Source: Chlorobiota bacterium (GTDB lineage Bacteria; Bacteroidota; Bacteroidia; Bacteroidales; JAADJA01). Taken from it: a stretch of DNA of 64,000 nucleotides. Numbering within the stretch: position 1 is the first letter of the stretch; each line of letters begins with the position of its first letter. The position numbers were made by a program, and so were the translations under genes. This document shows positions 9,382 through 20,254 of this stretch, piece after piece. The DNA lies in the NCBI GenBank assembly GCA_013151015.1, contig JAADJA010000171.1, forward strand, positions 5,749 through 69,748, read 5' to 3'. Below the pieces are notes generated by a model. That model was given only the letters and a program-made list of their open reading frames with translations, ran no database searches and was not told where the DNA came from.

Positions 9382-9798
9382 ATGAAAAACAAAGTAGAAG
9401 TACGTTGGACAGAAGACATGGCCTTTGAGGCCGAAGTGAACAACCACAAAATCATTATTGATGCCGGTGAGAAAGTCGGTGGACAGGATCGCGGGCCACG
9501 GCCCAAAGCACTTACCTTGGTTTCCCTTGGCGGTTGCACCGGAATGGACGTTATTTCCATCCTGAAAAAGATGCGGGTCGAGCCCGATTATTTCAATGTG
9601 GAAGTGGAAGGGGAGCTCACTGAAGAGCACCCAAAATATTACCACACTATCACCATTACCTACACGTTCAGGGGAAAAGACCTTCCCATGGCCAAACTTG
9701 AAAAAGCCGTTAAGCTTTCACAGGACAGGTATTGCGGCGTAACCGCCATGCTCGACAAAGCCGCAAAAATAGAGCATAAGATCGTGGTGGAAGGGTAA
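9382..9798 (+). CDS. OsmC-family protein
   Basis: GPRPK..LGGCTGMDV..ILKKMR; SQDRYCGV. Confidence 0.92.
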   Translation: MKNKVEVRWTEDMAFEAEVNNHKIIIDAGEKVGGQDRGPRPKALTLVSLGGCTGMDVISILKKMRVEPDYFNVEVEGELTEEHPKYYHTITITYTFRGKDLPMAKLEKAVKLSQDRYCGVTAMLDKAAKIEHKIVVEG

Positions 9799-9804
9799 GC
9801 ATGC

Positions 9805-9891
9805 AAAAAGCGTCCACGCTTTTTCTATAATGAATATGATACAGCTACCCATACTTTAATTTGTTCGCAAAATAAGCGTGGACACTTATTT
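9805..9891. repeat. Inverted doublet of short REP-like palindromes between convergent genes
   Basis: AAAAAGCGTCCACGCTTTTT (9805-9824) and AAATAAGCGTGGACACTTATTT (9870-9891). Confidence 0.6.
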
Positions 9892-9931
9892 CATTGCCCT
9901 TGCTCCCTGTTAGTGTTGTTACTAACAAGCT

Positions 9932-11359
9932 TTATTCTTTCCCGATCACAAACTTATCATAAAGCCTCAAACTTACCGAAGCGATTATCCCGATGGAGAT
10001 AATGACGATCCAAATGGAAGAGGGATGGTAAGTGGTCCAAAGGTAATCGGTCAGTTCCCGTTGCCCCATGTTCATCATTTCGGCTGCTTTGGCAAAGATT
10101 TCATTGTGCGACAGGTTTCCATCCACGGACAAGCCCCTTTTCCCAAGCTCCTTCAGAAGCAGGTTGTGTTTGTCCGACATGGCCTGATATACATCCCCTG
10201 AAATAATCCCTGCAAAAATACTCCCGAGGAAAACCGGGATATAGGAATAGCCCATGTACAATGCTTTCTTGTTCTTTGGGGCAATATGGCCAATGTATTC
10301 CGTTATTTTTGGGGAACCCGCCATTTCACCAATGGCAAAAATGAAAAGGGCGGCAATTATGAACATCACATTTTGTGTCATCAACGTGAGCGCCATCCCG
10401 ATTGAACTTACAAGAAAACCGGTGAACATGGCACTCAAGGGTTTCCATTTCATCACGACGGACGAGACCAGTATCTGGAAGATTATGATGAACATTGCAT
10501 CGAAATTGGTAATGAACTCCGCTTCCATTTGTCCGTCCCTGCTATAATTTTCTGCAATGAACGGCATATATTCACTGAAATACCTGTACATCGACGAAGT
10601 GTCCACCCATTGCTCGATAAAAACGGGAAGGGTGTAAAACAACTGGTTGTACATAGTCCAGAAACCGGCAACGATTATCAGGAAAAGCACGAATTTGAAA
10701 TCTTTCAGGACTAGGCCGATATTTCCGAAAACATATTGCATCGACTTGGAAAAAGAATCTGTGGATTTCTGCCTGTCAGGTTCTTTGTAGAAAAACAACA
10801 GGATAAAATTCAAGGCGATAACGGCTGCCGATATATGGAACACAATATCATAAGATGATCCTTTATAGAGCAAGGTGAGCATGGGGCCAATAAACGCACC
10901 AAGGTTCACCATCATATAATAAACCCCGAACCCAATGGACGAATTTTCCTTGTTTGTGGTTTTGGCAACTGTGGCCGAAATTACCGGTTTGAAAAGTGCT
11001 GCACCGAGGGCAAGGTAAAGGTACATGGCAAACACGCCCGTAAAGGTGTCGAACATCGGCAGTAAAATAAAGGCCGAAACATAGATGGAAAAAGCGATGA
11101 TCAAAACTTTTTTATAGCCGTACTTATCGGCAATGGAACCCGTGATTACCGGGAGGAAATATAAAATCCCCGTGCCCACGCCCATGATCCAGCCTTTTTG
11201 CGACTGTGAGAACTCAAGCCCTCCCACATCCGAGGAGCTGGTTAAGTAATTGGCAAAAAGCATGAAGAAGCCATACCATGCCCAGCGCTCGAAGAGTTCA
11301 AAGGTATTGGCGACCCAAAAGGTACGAGGGAACGACCTGAATGTTTTTAGCATCGACAT
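9932..11359 (-). CDS. MFS transporter, POT/PTR-like
   Basis: ELFERWAWYG motif; GFGVYYMMVNLG; many TM helices; upstream TTG of the ORF track lies in a TATCTTTG promoter element. Confidence 0.88.
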   Translation of the reverse strand: MSMLKTFRSFPRTFWVANTFELFERWAWYGFFMLFANYLTSSSDVGGLEFSQSQKGWIMGVGTGILYFLPVITGSIADKYGYKKVLIIAFSIYVSAFILLPMFDTFTGVFAMYLYLALGAALFKPVISATVAKTTNKENSSIGFGVYYMMVNLGAFIGPMLTLLYKGSSYDIVFHISAAVIALNFILLFFYKEPDRQKSTDSFSKSMQYVFGNIGLVLKDFKFVLFLIIVAGFWTMYNQLFYTLPVFIEQWVDTSSMYRYFSEYMPFIAENYSRDGQMEAEFITNFDAMFIIIFQILVSSVVMKWKPLSAMFTGFLVSSIGMALTLMTQNVMFIIAALFIFAIGEMAGSPKITEYIGHIAPKNKKALYMGYSYIPVFLGSIFAGIISGDVYQAMSDKHNLLLKELGKRGLSVDGNLSHNEIFAKAAEMMNMGQRELTDYLWTTYHPSSIWIVIISIGIIASVSLRLYDKFVIGKE

Positions 11360-11557
11360 ATTGGAAGTTTTAATTTCGGGCAAAGATAGGGAATTGGAAT
11401 TAATAGGTTTTTACCGAAACACCGGACAACCATTTTGAGTAAAAACCTGTCATTTGTTTGCTTAAGGGCAAATTCCTGAAATGTAAATCAGGATTGCTTT
11501 TTTTGGAACAAAAAAACTAGTTGAAACAACAAATCACAAACAATAATCATCAACATT

Positions 11558-13852
11558 ATGCGTACAAAATTATTTTTAGCCCCCGTGTTCATTTTGCTGT
11601 TCGGGCTCGTTGCACAATCCCAAAACAACAATAACCAACTTTTTAAGGAAAGGGGAGAGGTGTTTTTCAAGTTCAACATGGAAACGCCCAAGGATATTCA
11701 TTTTCTGACCAACACAATTTCAATTGACGATGTGCAAGGAACATTGGTTTTTGCTTATGCCAATGAGAAAGGTTTTTCGGAATTCCTGGGAATGGGCATT
11801 GATTACACTATCCTGCCCCATCCCGGTGATATTGAAAACCCTAACATGAAAAGCAGTATTGACCTGAAAAACATTGACAGTTGGGATTTTTATCCAACAT
11901 ACGAAGCCTATGTGGATATGATGTACCAGTTCCAAACCGATTATCCCGGGCTTTGCCAGGTTTACAGCATTGGGCAATCGGTACAAAACCGCGAATTGCT
12001 CATGGCACGTATCTCCGATAATGTGGGCACGGACGAAGGCGAGGCGCAATTCCTTTATACCTCCACCATGCACGGTGACGAGACAACCGGTTTTCCGCTT
12101 ATGCTCAGGTTTATCGACTACCTTCTCTCGAATTACGGTTCGGACGACCGGGTCACTGGGCTTGTGAACAACCTTGACATTTATATCAACCCGAACGCAA
12201 ACCCTGATGGCACCTACCATGGAGGGAACAATACCGTAAACGGTGCACAGCGTTACAATGCAAACAATGTGGACCTGAACCGCAATTACCCTGACCCCCA
12301 GGATGGCCCGCATCCCGATGGGGAAGCATGGCAACCCGAAACCCTCGCTTTCATGGCCTTTGCCGAAAGCCATCATATTGTATTGGCTTGCAATATGCAC
12401 GGTGGCGCCGAGGTGTGCAATTATCCCTGGGACACATGGGCGCAATATCCTGCCGATACGGATTGGTGGCAATATGTGATGCACGAATATGCGGACACGG
12501 CACAACTGTTTTCACCCAATGGGTATATGTCAGGCTTTGATGATGGGATAACGAATGGGTATGCCTGGTACGAAGTTAACGGTGGCCGGCAGGATTACAT
12601 GAACTATTTTCAACAATGCCGTGAATTTACCATTGAACTTTCCGATCAAAAACTATTGCCCCCAAGTCAGTTGCCTGCCCATTGGGATTACAACTACCGT
12701 TCGTTTTTGAATTATTTGGAACAAGTCCAATATGGTGTAAGCGGAACGATAACCGATGCGGATACAGGGGATCCCCTGGTTGGTGAAGTTTATATCGAAA
12801 GCCATGAAGCCGACAGTTCCTGGGTTTATTCGGGTGTGCTTGGCGATTATCACCGTCCGCTTTACCAAGGTACTTACGACATTACCTATTCGGCAATTGG
12901 ATATATCCCACAAACGATAAACGTAACAGTTGCAAACAAGGAGACAAGCATTGTTGATGTGCAATTGGAATCCGGTGATTTGATCGCGGATTTTACAGCA
13001 AGCACCACCAATGTTTCCATTGGTGGAAGTGTGAACTTCACCGATCTTAGTTTTGGGAGTCCTGTAAGTTGGGAATGGACATTTGAAGAGGGGACACCCT
13101 CAACCTCCAATGAGCAAAACCCAACAGGGATCGTATATAGCAATGTCGGTTCTTTCGATGTAAGCCTTACGGTATCCGATGGGACCAATTCGCAAACCAT
13201 CACCAAAAACGATTATATCCATGCCACGATCGATATCGTTATGGAGAATACAACCATCACGACCTGTCTCGGTACATTTTACGATACGGGTGGATCGGCA
13301 AATAATTATGGCGATGACGAGGACATTACGATGATATTTTTACCGGGCACGGAAGGCGCCATGATTGAATGTGTATTTACGATGTTCAACGTGGAAGATG
13401 AATCCAGTTGTAATTACGACTGGTTGAAGATTTATGATGGCAATTCCACATCCGCAACCTTGATCGGGAAATATTGCGGGACAGATTCGCCGGGCACGAT
13501 AACAGCCACGAATCAGGAAGGTGCCATTACCTTTCAATTTCATTCCGATGGCTCGGTAACCAAACCGGGCTGGGCGGCAAACATCAGTTGTGCAGGGATT
13601 ACATTTGTGAACGAAGATGTGATGACGCAAATTAAGGTTTTTCCAAACCCGGCGAAAGACGTGATTTCCATTTCATCCCCTTTGAAAATCCAATCTATTG
13701 TGATCCTTGATATGATTGGGAAACAAATATTGGTAAAAGAGGTAAACCAAGAATCCATTAATTTGAATATTTCCGGTTTGGATTCAGGTTTGTACTTTGT
13801 CAACTTAAAAACCGAAGAAGGAATTGTCACAAAGAAAATAAGGGTTTTGTAA
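11558..13852 (+). CDS. M14 zinc carboxypeptidase with PKD, CUB and T9SS CTD domains
   Basis: HGDE, DLNRNYP, HGG motifs; PKD (VNFTDLS..WEWTF); CUB (CNYDWLKIYDG..FHSDGS); VFPNP CTD. Confidence 0.92.
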   Translation: MRTKLFLAPVFILLFGLVAQSQNNNNQLFKERGEVFFKFNMETPKDIHFLTNTISIDDVQGTLVFAYANEKGFSEFLGMGIDYTILPHPGDIENPNMKSSIDLKNIDSWDFYPTYEAYVDMMYQFQTDYPGLCQVYSIGQSVQNRELLMARISDNVGTDEGEAQFLYTSTMHGDETTGFPLMLRFIDYLLSNYGSDDRVTGLVNNLDIYINPNANPDGTYHGGNNTVNGAQRYNANNVDLNRNYPDPQDGPHPDGEAWQPETLAFMAFAESHHIVLACNMHGGAEVCNYPWDTWAQYPADTDWWQYVMHEYADTAQLFSPNGYMSGFDDGITNGYAWYEVNGGRQDYMNYFQQCREFTIELSDQKLLPPSQLPAHWDYNYRSFLNYLEQVQYGVSGTITDADTGDPLVGEVYIESHEADSSWVYSGVLGDYHRPLYQGTYDITYSAIGYIPQTINVTVANKETSIVDVQLESGDLIADFTASTTNVSIGGSVNFTDLSFGSPVSWEWTFEEGTPSTSNEQNPTGIVYSNVGSFDVSLTVSDGTNSQTITKNDYIHATIDIVMENTTITTCLGTFYDTGGSANNYGDDEDITMIFLPGTEGAMIECVFTMFNVEDESSCNYDWLKIYDGNSTSATLIGKYCGTDSPGTITATNQEGAITFQFHSDGSVTKPGWAANISCAGITFVNEDVMTQIKVFPNPAKDVISISSPLKIQSIVILDMIGKQILVKEVNQESINLNISGLDSGLYFVNLKTEEGIVTKKIRVL

Positions 13853-13956
13853 ATACCTGTTCTTACAGTAAGGGCGTGGTTTGCAAAATAGATAGTCAGC
13901 ATAAATATTGCGACCGTTATATGCCAATAGACCGCACCCTGAATTTGGAAACCGAT

Positions 13957-13992
13957 AAAAAAGCACCTGTATCAATTACAGGTGCTTTTTTT
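13957..13992. terminator. Bidirectional intrinsic terminator (carboxypeptidase / rnpB)
   Basis: AAAAAAGCACCTGTA-tcaat-TACAGGTGCTTTTTT. Confidence 0.85.
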
Positions 13993-14007
13993 GATTTAAA
14001 AAGAAAA

Positions 14008-14528
14008 ACCAACAGCTCCGTAAGCGGGATCCTGTTCTATCCTGTCATTTATCTAGGAGCAGTGTCACCACTGCCCTCTAGCAGCCAACCCCCCGGGATC
14101 GGACGAGCAGCCCTTATATCCACATTGCGGATATCCCCGGTATATTTGGCCTTTCAACCCGTAAGGTTTACCCCATTGCCATGTCACCATAACAATGCGT
14201 GGGCTCTTACCCCACGTTTTCACCTTTACCCGCCGGAGCTTCAGCGTAGGCGGGTTTACCCACCCAATACTACTGGATTGGGTTTACCCACCTAATTCAT
14301 CAGGATTGGTTTACCCACCTTTTAAAATTTGGGTAAAGCCAAATATGAAAAGGCCAGTGGACCCTTCCCGTAAAACCAAAACCCCGGCAGGAAGTCATTC
14401 TCTGTGGCACTTGCTGTATGCCAACGCACCTAAGTATCGTTGGCACCCTTCCTGTTAGGAAGTACGGCGCTCTGTGTTGTCCCGACTTTCCTCCCCGTAT
14501 AAACGGGACGACAGGTCGAACTGCTGGT
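14008..14528 (-). ncRNA. rnpB: RNase P RNA (type A) with enlarged P12
   Basis: Minus strand: GAGGAAAGTCGGG, AGTGCCACAGA, GGTGAAA..GGTAAGAGCCCAC, GCTGCTCG, AGATAAATGAC, ACAGGATCCCGCTTA; P1 ACCAGCAGTTC/GAGCTGTTGGT. Confidence 0.95.
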
Positions 14529-14761
14529 TTTCCGTTTGCGAAATTACGAAAATTTAGGAATGAAATAAGAAAGGTGCGAACAGTAAGTCTTTTTTTAACC
14601 AGGGGAAACAGAGCAAAGCAAATAGGTTCATAAAAACTTGCAAATTCACTTTTACTAGTGAACTATTTGATTATCCCATATATTTTATTGAATCAATTAT
14701 TTTTTCGGATAACTTTGCGTTTTGAAAACAGGTATTTCCTTGTCTGATAAACTTTAAAAAT

Positions 14762-16402
14762 ATGAAAACCATTTTCACAATCCTTTTTGGCTTAATAATA
14801 TCCCTTCAAATGATGGCACAAAAAAAGCAAGCGGACCTTATCATGTTCAATGCGGTGGTTTATACGGTAGATGAAAATTTTAGCACGCAAGAGGCTTTTG
14901 CGGTAAAAGATGGAAAGTTTATGGCAATTGGCAACAATAAGGATATCCTGAAAGCATATTCTTCGGAAGAAAAGATAGATGCAAAAGGGAAAGCTGTTTA
15001 TCCCGGCCTTATCGATGCGCATTGCCATTTTTATGGTTATGGCCTGTCCCGTGTGGCACAAGCCAATCTGGTCGGGACAAAATCATTTGAAGAGGTTGTT
15101 GAAAAGTTGCGGGAATTTGCTAAAGAAAACCCATCTGATTTTATCCTTGGCCGTGGCTGGGACCAAAATGACTGGGAAGTTAAAAAGTTTCCCGAAAATA
15201 AATTATTGGATAAAGCTTTTCCCGAAACGCCCGTATTCATAAGACGGATTGATGGCCATGCCGGCATTGCAAATTCCACAGCCCTAAAGCTTGCGGGGAT
15301 TACCGAAAACTCGAAGGTAAACGGGGGAGAGGTGAAAATGAAAAACGGAAAGCTTACAGGTGTACTTGTGGACAATGCCATGGAATTGATGTCAGGGGTT
15401 ATCCCTTTACCGGACGAAAGTGTAAGGCGAAATGCTTTGACAACAGCACAATCCGATTGCTTTGCTGTTGGGCTGACTTCCGTGGTGGATGCCGGATTGG
15501 GGAACAATATCGTGAAACTTATTGACAAAATGCAAAAGGACGGTAAAATCAAAATGAGGGTGAATGCCATGTTGTCCCCAACGGAAAGGAACCTGAACCA
15601 ATATGTGAAAAACGGCCCCTGGCAAACAGACAGGCTTACGGTGCGTTCCATCAAACTTTATGCTGACGGGGCACTGGGTTCTCGGGGCGCAAAACTCATC
15701 CTCCCTTATTCCGATGCCCCGGAAACAAGCGGCCTTCTCATCGAAACCCCTGATTATTACCGTGAGATTTGCCAACTTGCTCTCGACAATGGCTACCAAG
15801 TAAACACCCATGCCATCGGCGATTCGGCCAACCGGATGATGTTGGATATTTATGGGGGATTCCTGAAAGGCAAAAACGATTTGCGTTGGCGCATCGAACA
15901 TGCACAGGTAATCAATAAAGACGATTTCCATTTGTTCACCAAATATTCCATCGTCCCTTCTGTTCAAACAACCCATTGTACTTCGGATATGTATTGGGCC
16001 GAAGACCGTTTGGGCCCGGATCGGGTCAAAGGGGCTTACGCATACAAAACCCTCTTAAAGGAAAATGGATGGTTGCCCCTTGGGACTGATTTCCCGGTTG
16101 AAAATATCAATCCGCTTTACACTTTCTATGCAGCCGTAGCCCGCAAAGACCGGGAAGGCTATCCTGAAAATGGCTTTCAGGTCAAAGATGCCCTGACACG
16201 GAAAGAGGCCCTTCAGGGAATGACCATTTGGGCGGCCAAAGGGAGTTTTGAAGAAAACATCAAAGGGAGTATTGAACCCGGCAAGGTTGCCGATTTTGTA
16301 ATCCTACAAAAAGACATCATGCAAATAGGCATTGATGAAGTCCCGGATGTAAAGGTCGTTTCCACCTGGTCGGGCGGGGAGAGGGTTTATCCCCAAGAAT
16401 AA
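14762..16402 (+). CDS. YtcJ-like amidohydrolase
   Basis: PGLIDAHCH, GRGWD, DGALGSRGA, HAIGD, RIEHAQ, GTDFPVE. Confidence 0.93.
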   Translation: MKTIFTILFGLIISLQMMAQKKQADLIMFNAVVYTVDENFSTQEAFAVKDGKFMAIGNNKDILKAYSSEEKIDAKGKAVYPGLIDAHCHFYGYGLSRVAQANLVGTKSFEEVVEKLREFAKENPSDFILGRGWDQNDWEVKKFPENKLLDKAFPETPVFIRRIDGHAGIANSTALKLAGITENSKVNGGEVKMKNGKLTGVLVDNAMELMSGVIPLPDESVRRNALTTAQSDCFAVGLTSVVDAGLGNNIVKLIDKMQKDGKIKMRVNAMLSPTERNLNQYVKNGPWQTDRLTVRSIKLYADGALGSRGAKLILPYSDAPETSGLLIETPDYYREICQLALDNGYQVNTHAIGDSANRMMLDIYGGFLKGKNDLRWRIEHAQVINKDDFHLFTKYSIVPSVQTTHCTSDMYWAEDRLGPDRVKGAYAYKTLLKENGWLPLGTDFPVENINPLYTFYAAVARKDREGYPENGFQVKDALTRKEALQGMTIWAAKGSFEENIKGSIEPGKVADFVILQKDIMQIGIDEVPDVKVVSTWSGGERVYPQE

Positions 16403-16453
16403 TAAAACTTCTAAGCAATATTTAACAAAAGTATTGTCATTTAAAAAATCGTT

Positions 16454-16878
16454 GTCATTCCAACCCGTGGGGCAGGCAAGGGCATGAGGGGGAGCCTGCC
16501 TGCCTTGTTGGCAGATATTGTCTTCAACCAACGAATCAAATTCAGCACCCATACTCCCCTTCTGTGCGCAAGCCTGAGCACAAGCCGAGAGGGGGTGAGC
16601 AGGAAAAAGCGCAGGCGGGGTGTGTCCTTCCGAAGCTGTTTTACTTGCACGAGCGTGGACGCTCTGCCATTGTGAAAACGATGGCTAAAACCTTCAACCA
16701 GTCGGGACGTCACCGCACAGGCTTTCTTTGACCCAACTGGTTCGTTGTCATTCCGACCCATGGAGCAGGAAAGAGCTGGAGGGGGGAGGAATTCCATAAC
16801 TATGAAACACGGTCGTAACCCGCCAGGGGATTCCTCACCCTTGCACACGAAAAACCAGCCCATTGGGTTCGGAATTAC
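16454..16878. repeat. Composite REP/MITE-like cluster A
   Basis: Partial GTCATTCC element (16454); GAGAGGGG..GGGGTGTGTCC block; TGCACGAGCGTGGACG (16646); full GTCATTCCGA...TCGGAATTAC element (16747-16878). Confidence 0.7.
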
Positions 16879-17099
16879 AGTCTTTTATAGGAAAGGGTTT
16901 GGTGGCTCTTACCTTCAACATAGCATTTTTGGATTTTGACACATGCCTGTGCACAAGCCAATCCGAAATTGCAGATCACGTTTTTTTGTTTTTATTTCTT
17001 GGATTTTAACAATATCTTTGTCCAGTGGCATATTTGTGTTTTTTTGTTTGACATTAAAAACAAGAATGAGTATAAATGCCGCTTGCCTTTCGCCCGTAA

Positions 17100-17433
17100 A
17101 TAATAGTGAAAATGAAAATTGTCATCTGTTTAAATATGCGGATACGTCTTTTTATGGAGCAATGTGGTATGTCTTATCGTAAAACCGATTTCACCTACCT
17201 GCCCCTACACCTGGACTATTATCTTTATTATTCTATTGAGGGATCATCCATTCCTTGGAATGAGGATATGCTATGTATCCCAAATGCGGATATGCATTAT
17301 GTATTGTTTGCAATTTGAGGATATTAATGAACCTATAACAACAGGCGGACATAAGTATTATCATAAGGGCATTTTTGAATATGGATTTGATATCGAGTAC
17401 TCCCAGGGAAATTTGCCTACTGAAATTCAATAG
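17100..17433 (+). pseudogene. Fragmented remnant of an unknown gene
   Basis: Three overlapping short + frames with protein-like segments, ending YYHKGIFEYGFDIEYSQGNLPTEIQ* just before the next gene. Confidence 0.4.
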
Positions 17434-17466
17434 TAATCTATTAAATAAAAACGAAATAATAAGAAA

Positions 17467-18900
17467 ATGAAAATGCTTCTACTCTTAATATTGATTCCAT
17501 TTATTGCATATTCTCAAAATAGTTTTGAATATATAGGTGATGATACATTGAGTACCTACTGTATATCAAGCTTTGTAGATAATCAAAACTATTACATTTC
17601 AGTTGGTTCAAAAAGGGATCCCAACAGTACGAATCACGGTGCGTATATTTTACGATTTCAAAACATTGAAGACGTTGTTGAAAAAACCTTTATCAAAGAA
17701 GGTGTTCATTTCGGCCTTGCTTTTGGAACACAAAAAGAAAATAATCACTATTTTTTTATTGGGCATATATTTTCTCCAATACCCCAATTATATTTAATGG
17801 AACTGGACGAAGAATTAAACCTTGTTCAAGAGTTTTATTATGATGTACCCAATATATACAATAGTTTATTGATCCAGGATGCTTTTTTCGATGCAAATGG
17901 TATTGTAATTCTCAGGGGAAATTTGGACGACCCGGCACCTGGTGACGAGAATGATATTTATCTCGCTAAGATAAATACTAATGGTGAGCTATTGGATACA
18001 ACAATTATCACTGACCTGAATAATGATTCAGGGGCAGAGATTTTAAAAAGGCAGGATGGTAGTGGTTATTATATACTGGGAACAGGGATACATAAAAAGA
18101 TCGTTTTGGACAACGATCTTAATGTAATTGAATATCAGGATTTTCCAGCAGGAAGTGTATTTAGCTCACCATTGGCTTTGCGCTGGCTCCCTGATGGAAA
18201 TATTATGGTCGCCAATATGGCTAACCAAAGTGTGCCCGGGGCATATTATGACATCCGCTTAAGGATAGTAGATGAAAGTTTTAACACAATAAAAGATACT
18301 ACTTTCTTTGATGAAGGGAAAAACAGACTTGCCTATTATAGTAGCCTGGACTATGTTGACCCCGATAATATATGGGTGGTTACTTACATAAATGGCTGGA
18401 AATCGTCAATAGATGAATGGGAGAGTGCAAGGGTGTATATTGTTGATTCGGAAATGAACCTGAAAGGGGCAAAATACTTTGCAGGTGATTTGGATGTATA
18501 TTTATATTCCACTAAGGCACTGGAAGATGGTGGGTGCATTATTACCGGATTGGTTCCAAAAGATGGAAAGAATTATGATTGGAATGTTTATGTCCGTAAA
18601 TTAATGCTTGACGATATATTTACAAACGCCGAAGAAACCCCTGCTCCTGACGACAGCGATGTATTGCTGTTTCCCAATCCAGTGAAAGATGTTTTGCATA
18701 TTGAGACTTATCGTAAGAATTTAAGTGTCAGCCTGTATGACGAAAGCGGGAAATGTGTTACCGAGCGCAGGGAACTTCATATTCCCAAAACTCAATTTAA
18801 TATCTCTCATTTGCCGGGTGGGATATATTTTTATTTGGTCTTTGACAAAGAAAAGGTCATCAAGACGGGAAAAATCATTAAACAAAATATTAATCAATAA
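17467..18900 (+). CDS. T9SS CTD protein of unknown function (beta-propeller-like)
   Basis: Signal peptide; DIYLAKINTNGE and DGGCIITG repeats; LFPNPV...GGIYFY...GKIIK; visibly AT-rich. Confidence 0.8.
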   Translation: MKMLLLLILIPFIAYSQNSFEYIGDDTLSTYCISSFVDNQNYYISVGSKRDPNSTNHGAYILRFQNIEDVVEKTFIKEGVHFGLAFGTQKENNHYFFIGHIFSPIPQLYLMELDEELNLVQEFYYDVPNIYNSLLIQDAFFDANGIVILRGNLDDPAPGDENDIYLAKINTNGELLDTTIITDLNNDSGAEILKRQDGSGYYILGTGIHKKIVLDNDLNVIEYQDFPAGSVFSSPLALRWLPDGNIMVANMANQSVPGAYYDIRLRIVDESFNTIKDTTFFDEGKNRLAYYSSLDYVDPDNIWVVTYINGWKSSIDEWESARVYIVDSEMNLKGAKYFAGDLDVYLYSTKALEDGGCIITGLVPKDGKNYDWNVYVRKLMLDDIFTNAEETPAPDDSDVLLFPNPVKDVLHIETYRKNLSVSLYDESGKCVTERRELHIPKTQFNISHLPGGIYFYLVFDKEKVIKTGKIIKQNINQ

Positions 18901-18911
18901 AAATTAAAAAA

Positions 18912-19959
18912 ATGAAACATATAATAATAGCAATAGCAATATTTATGGTATTTACAGCAAATGCACAGGTTGATTATTATAACACTACTACCAACGGCAC
19001 TAATGCAAGCGCCATAGGCTTGAACAATGAAGCGGACGGGGACAATGCCTTTGTGGGAGGGGGAAATTCAAAAGCACAAGGCCAAAACTCATTTGCTTTT
19101 GGTCTTTCAGCAGAAACCCATGCCACAAATGCTTTTGCATTGGGACTATCAACAAAAAGTAACGGAGTAGCTTCGTTCACAATTGGAAAATATATAACCG
19201 CAAACGGAACAGATTCTTATGTAATCGGAAAAGGGATAACTTCAAGCTATCGTTTGGTAAACGATATTCCCAATTCACTGATGATAGGGATGAATTCCAC
19301 CCAAGCCCACGTTTTTCGTAAGCCAGTCCTATGGGTTGGAAGGCACCGGCAAAATAGGTATAGGAAACGTCACCAACCCCTTGGCCAAACTCCACATCAA
19401 AGCGGACGATAACGAGGATGCAAGTTTATTGTTAGAAGCTGACAATAGCGATTATGTTGCGTCTTTAAGCTTCAACAACACCAACACCCGGATTGAAGCC
19501 CAAAGTGGGGAAAGCATGCATTTTTATTCTGAAAACAACTATGTTTTTGCCGAAGGCGATATTTTTTTGGAAGATATCAATAGCGGTATTGTAATGAAGT
19601 CCCCTGACGGTCAATGTTGGCGGGGGCAGGTGGACAACTCGGGCAGCCTTCAATTTTCACCTGTCGATTGTAGCACCATCACAGCAATGGCCCCCATTTC
19701 TGAACCCTTGCGCTCAACCATAAAGATTTTCCCCAATCCTGCATCCAATATTTTGCATTTCCATTCGGACACAAGCCTAAAAGACATTGCTATCGAAATA
19801 TTCAACCTTAAAGGACAGGCTATTTTGACACACACTTGGTCAGGAAGGGAAACAGATATCAATCTTGGCAATTTTCTGTCCGGTAATTACGTAATCAAAA
19901 TCTTCGATGCAAACCATAAACTTGTTGAACAACAAAAAATCATTATTGTCCAAAGATAA
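18912..19959 (+). pseudogene. YadA-head-repeat T9SS protein split by a +1 frameshift at 19300-19302
   Basis: Removing one C gives ...NSTKPTFFVSQSYGLEGTGKIGIG..., a 348-aa ORF with signal peptide, 14-aa (S/N)AFAxG repeats and IFPNP CTD. Confidence 0.8.
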
Positions 19960-20254
19960 TTGTTGTGTATGAAAAGTAAGTTTATAGTAATCTTAATGTT
20001 GCTGCTTTCCAGTTAGCGTTTGCATTTGGGAATCGTTTTGTTGCCAAGTTCCAGGTAAATCCTTATAGCTGGTTTTTTATGGAAAGTTTATCAGGGAGTG
20101 GGATATAACAAATTTCGTTGATTTTCGTTTTGGAGTTGCATATAGATTCAATCTAAAAGTGTCGGAGGCCGTTGGGTTTTTCATATACAGCTCCTCCATA
20201 GAGTTGCAAGCATACCTTGTCCCCTTAAGCAAAAAGCCGGCTTGGTATTTAAAC

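Noticed and set aside
14225-14337. Repeat-spacer pattern as a mini-CRISPR
   Set aside because: Repeats of 10-12 nt and spacers under 21 nt are too short, the array is inside rnpB, and no cas genes are present
13876-14633. ORFs of 139, 87 and 71 aa
   Set aside because: Antisense to rnpB; not protein-like
16441-16939. Short ORFs over repeat cluster A (likewise 20181-20788 and 43-285)
   Set aside because: Translations of palindromic repeats
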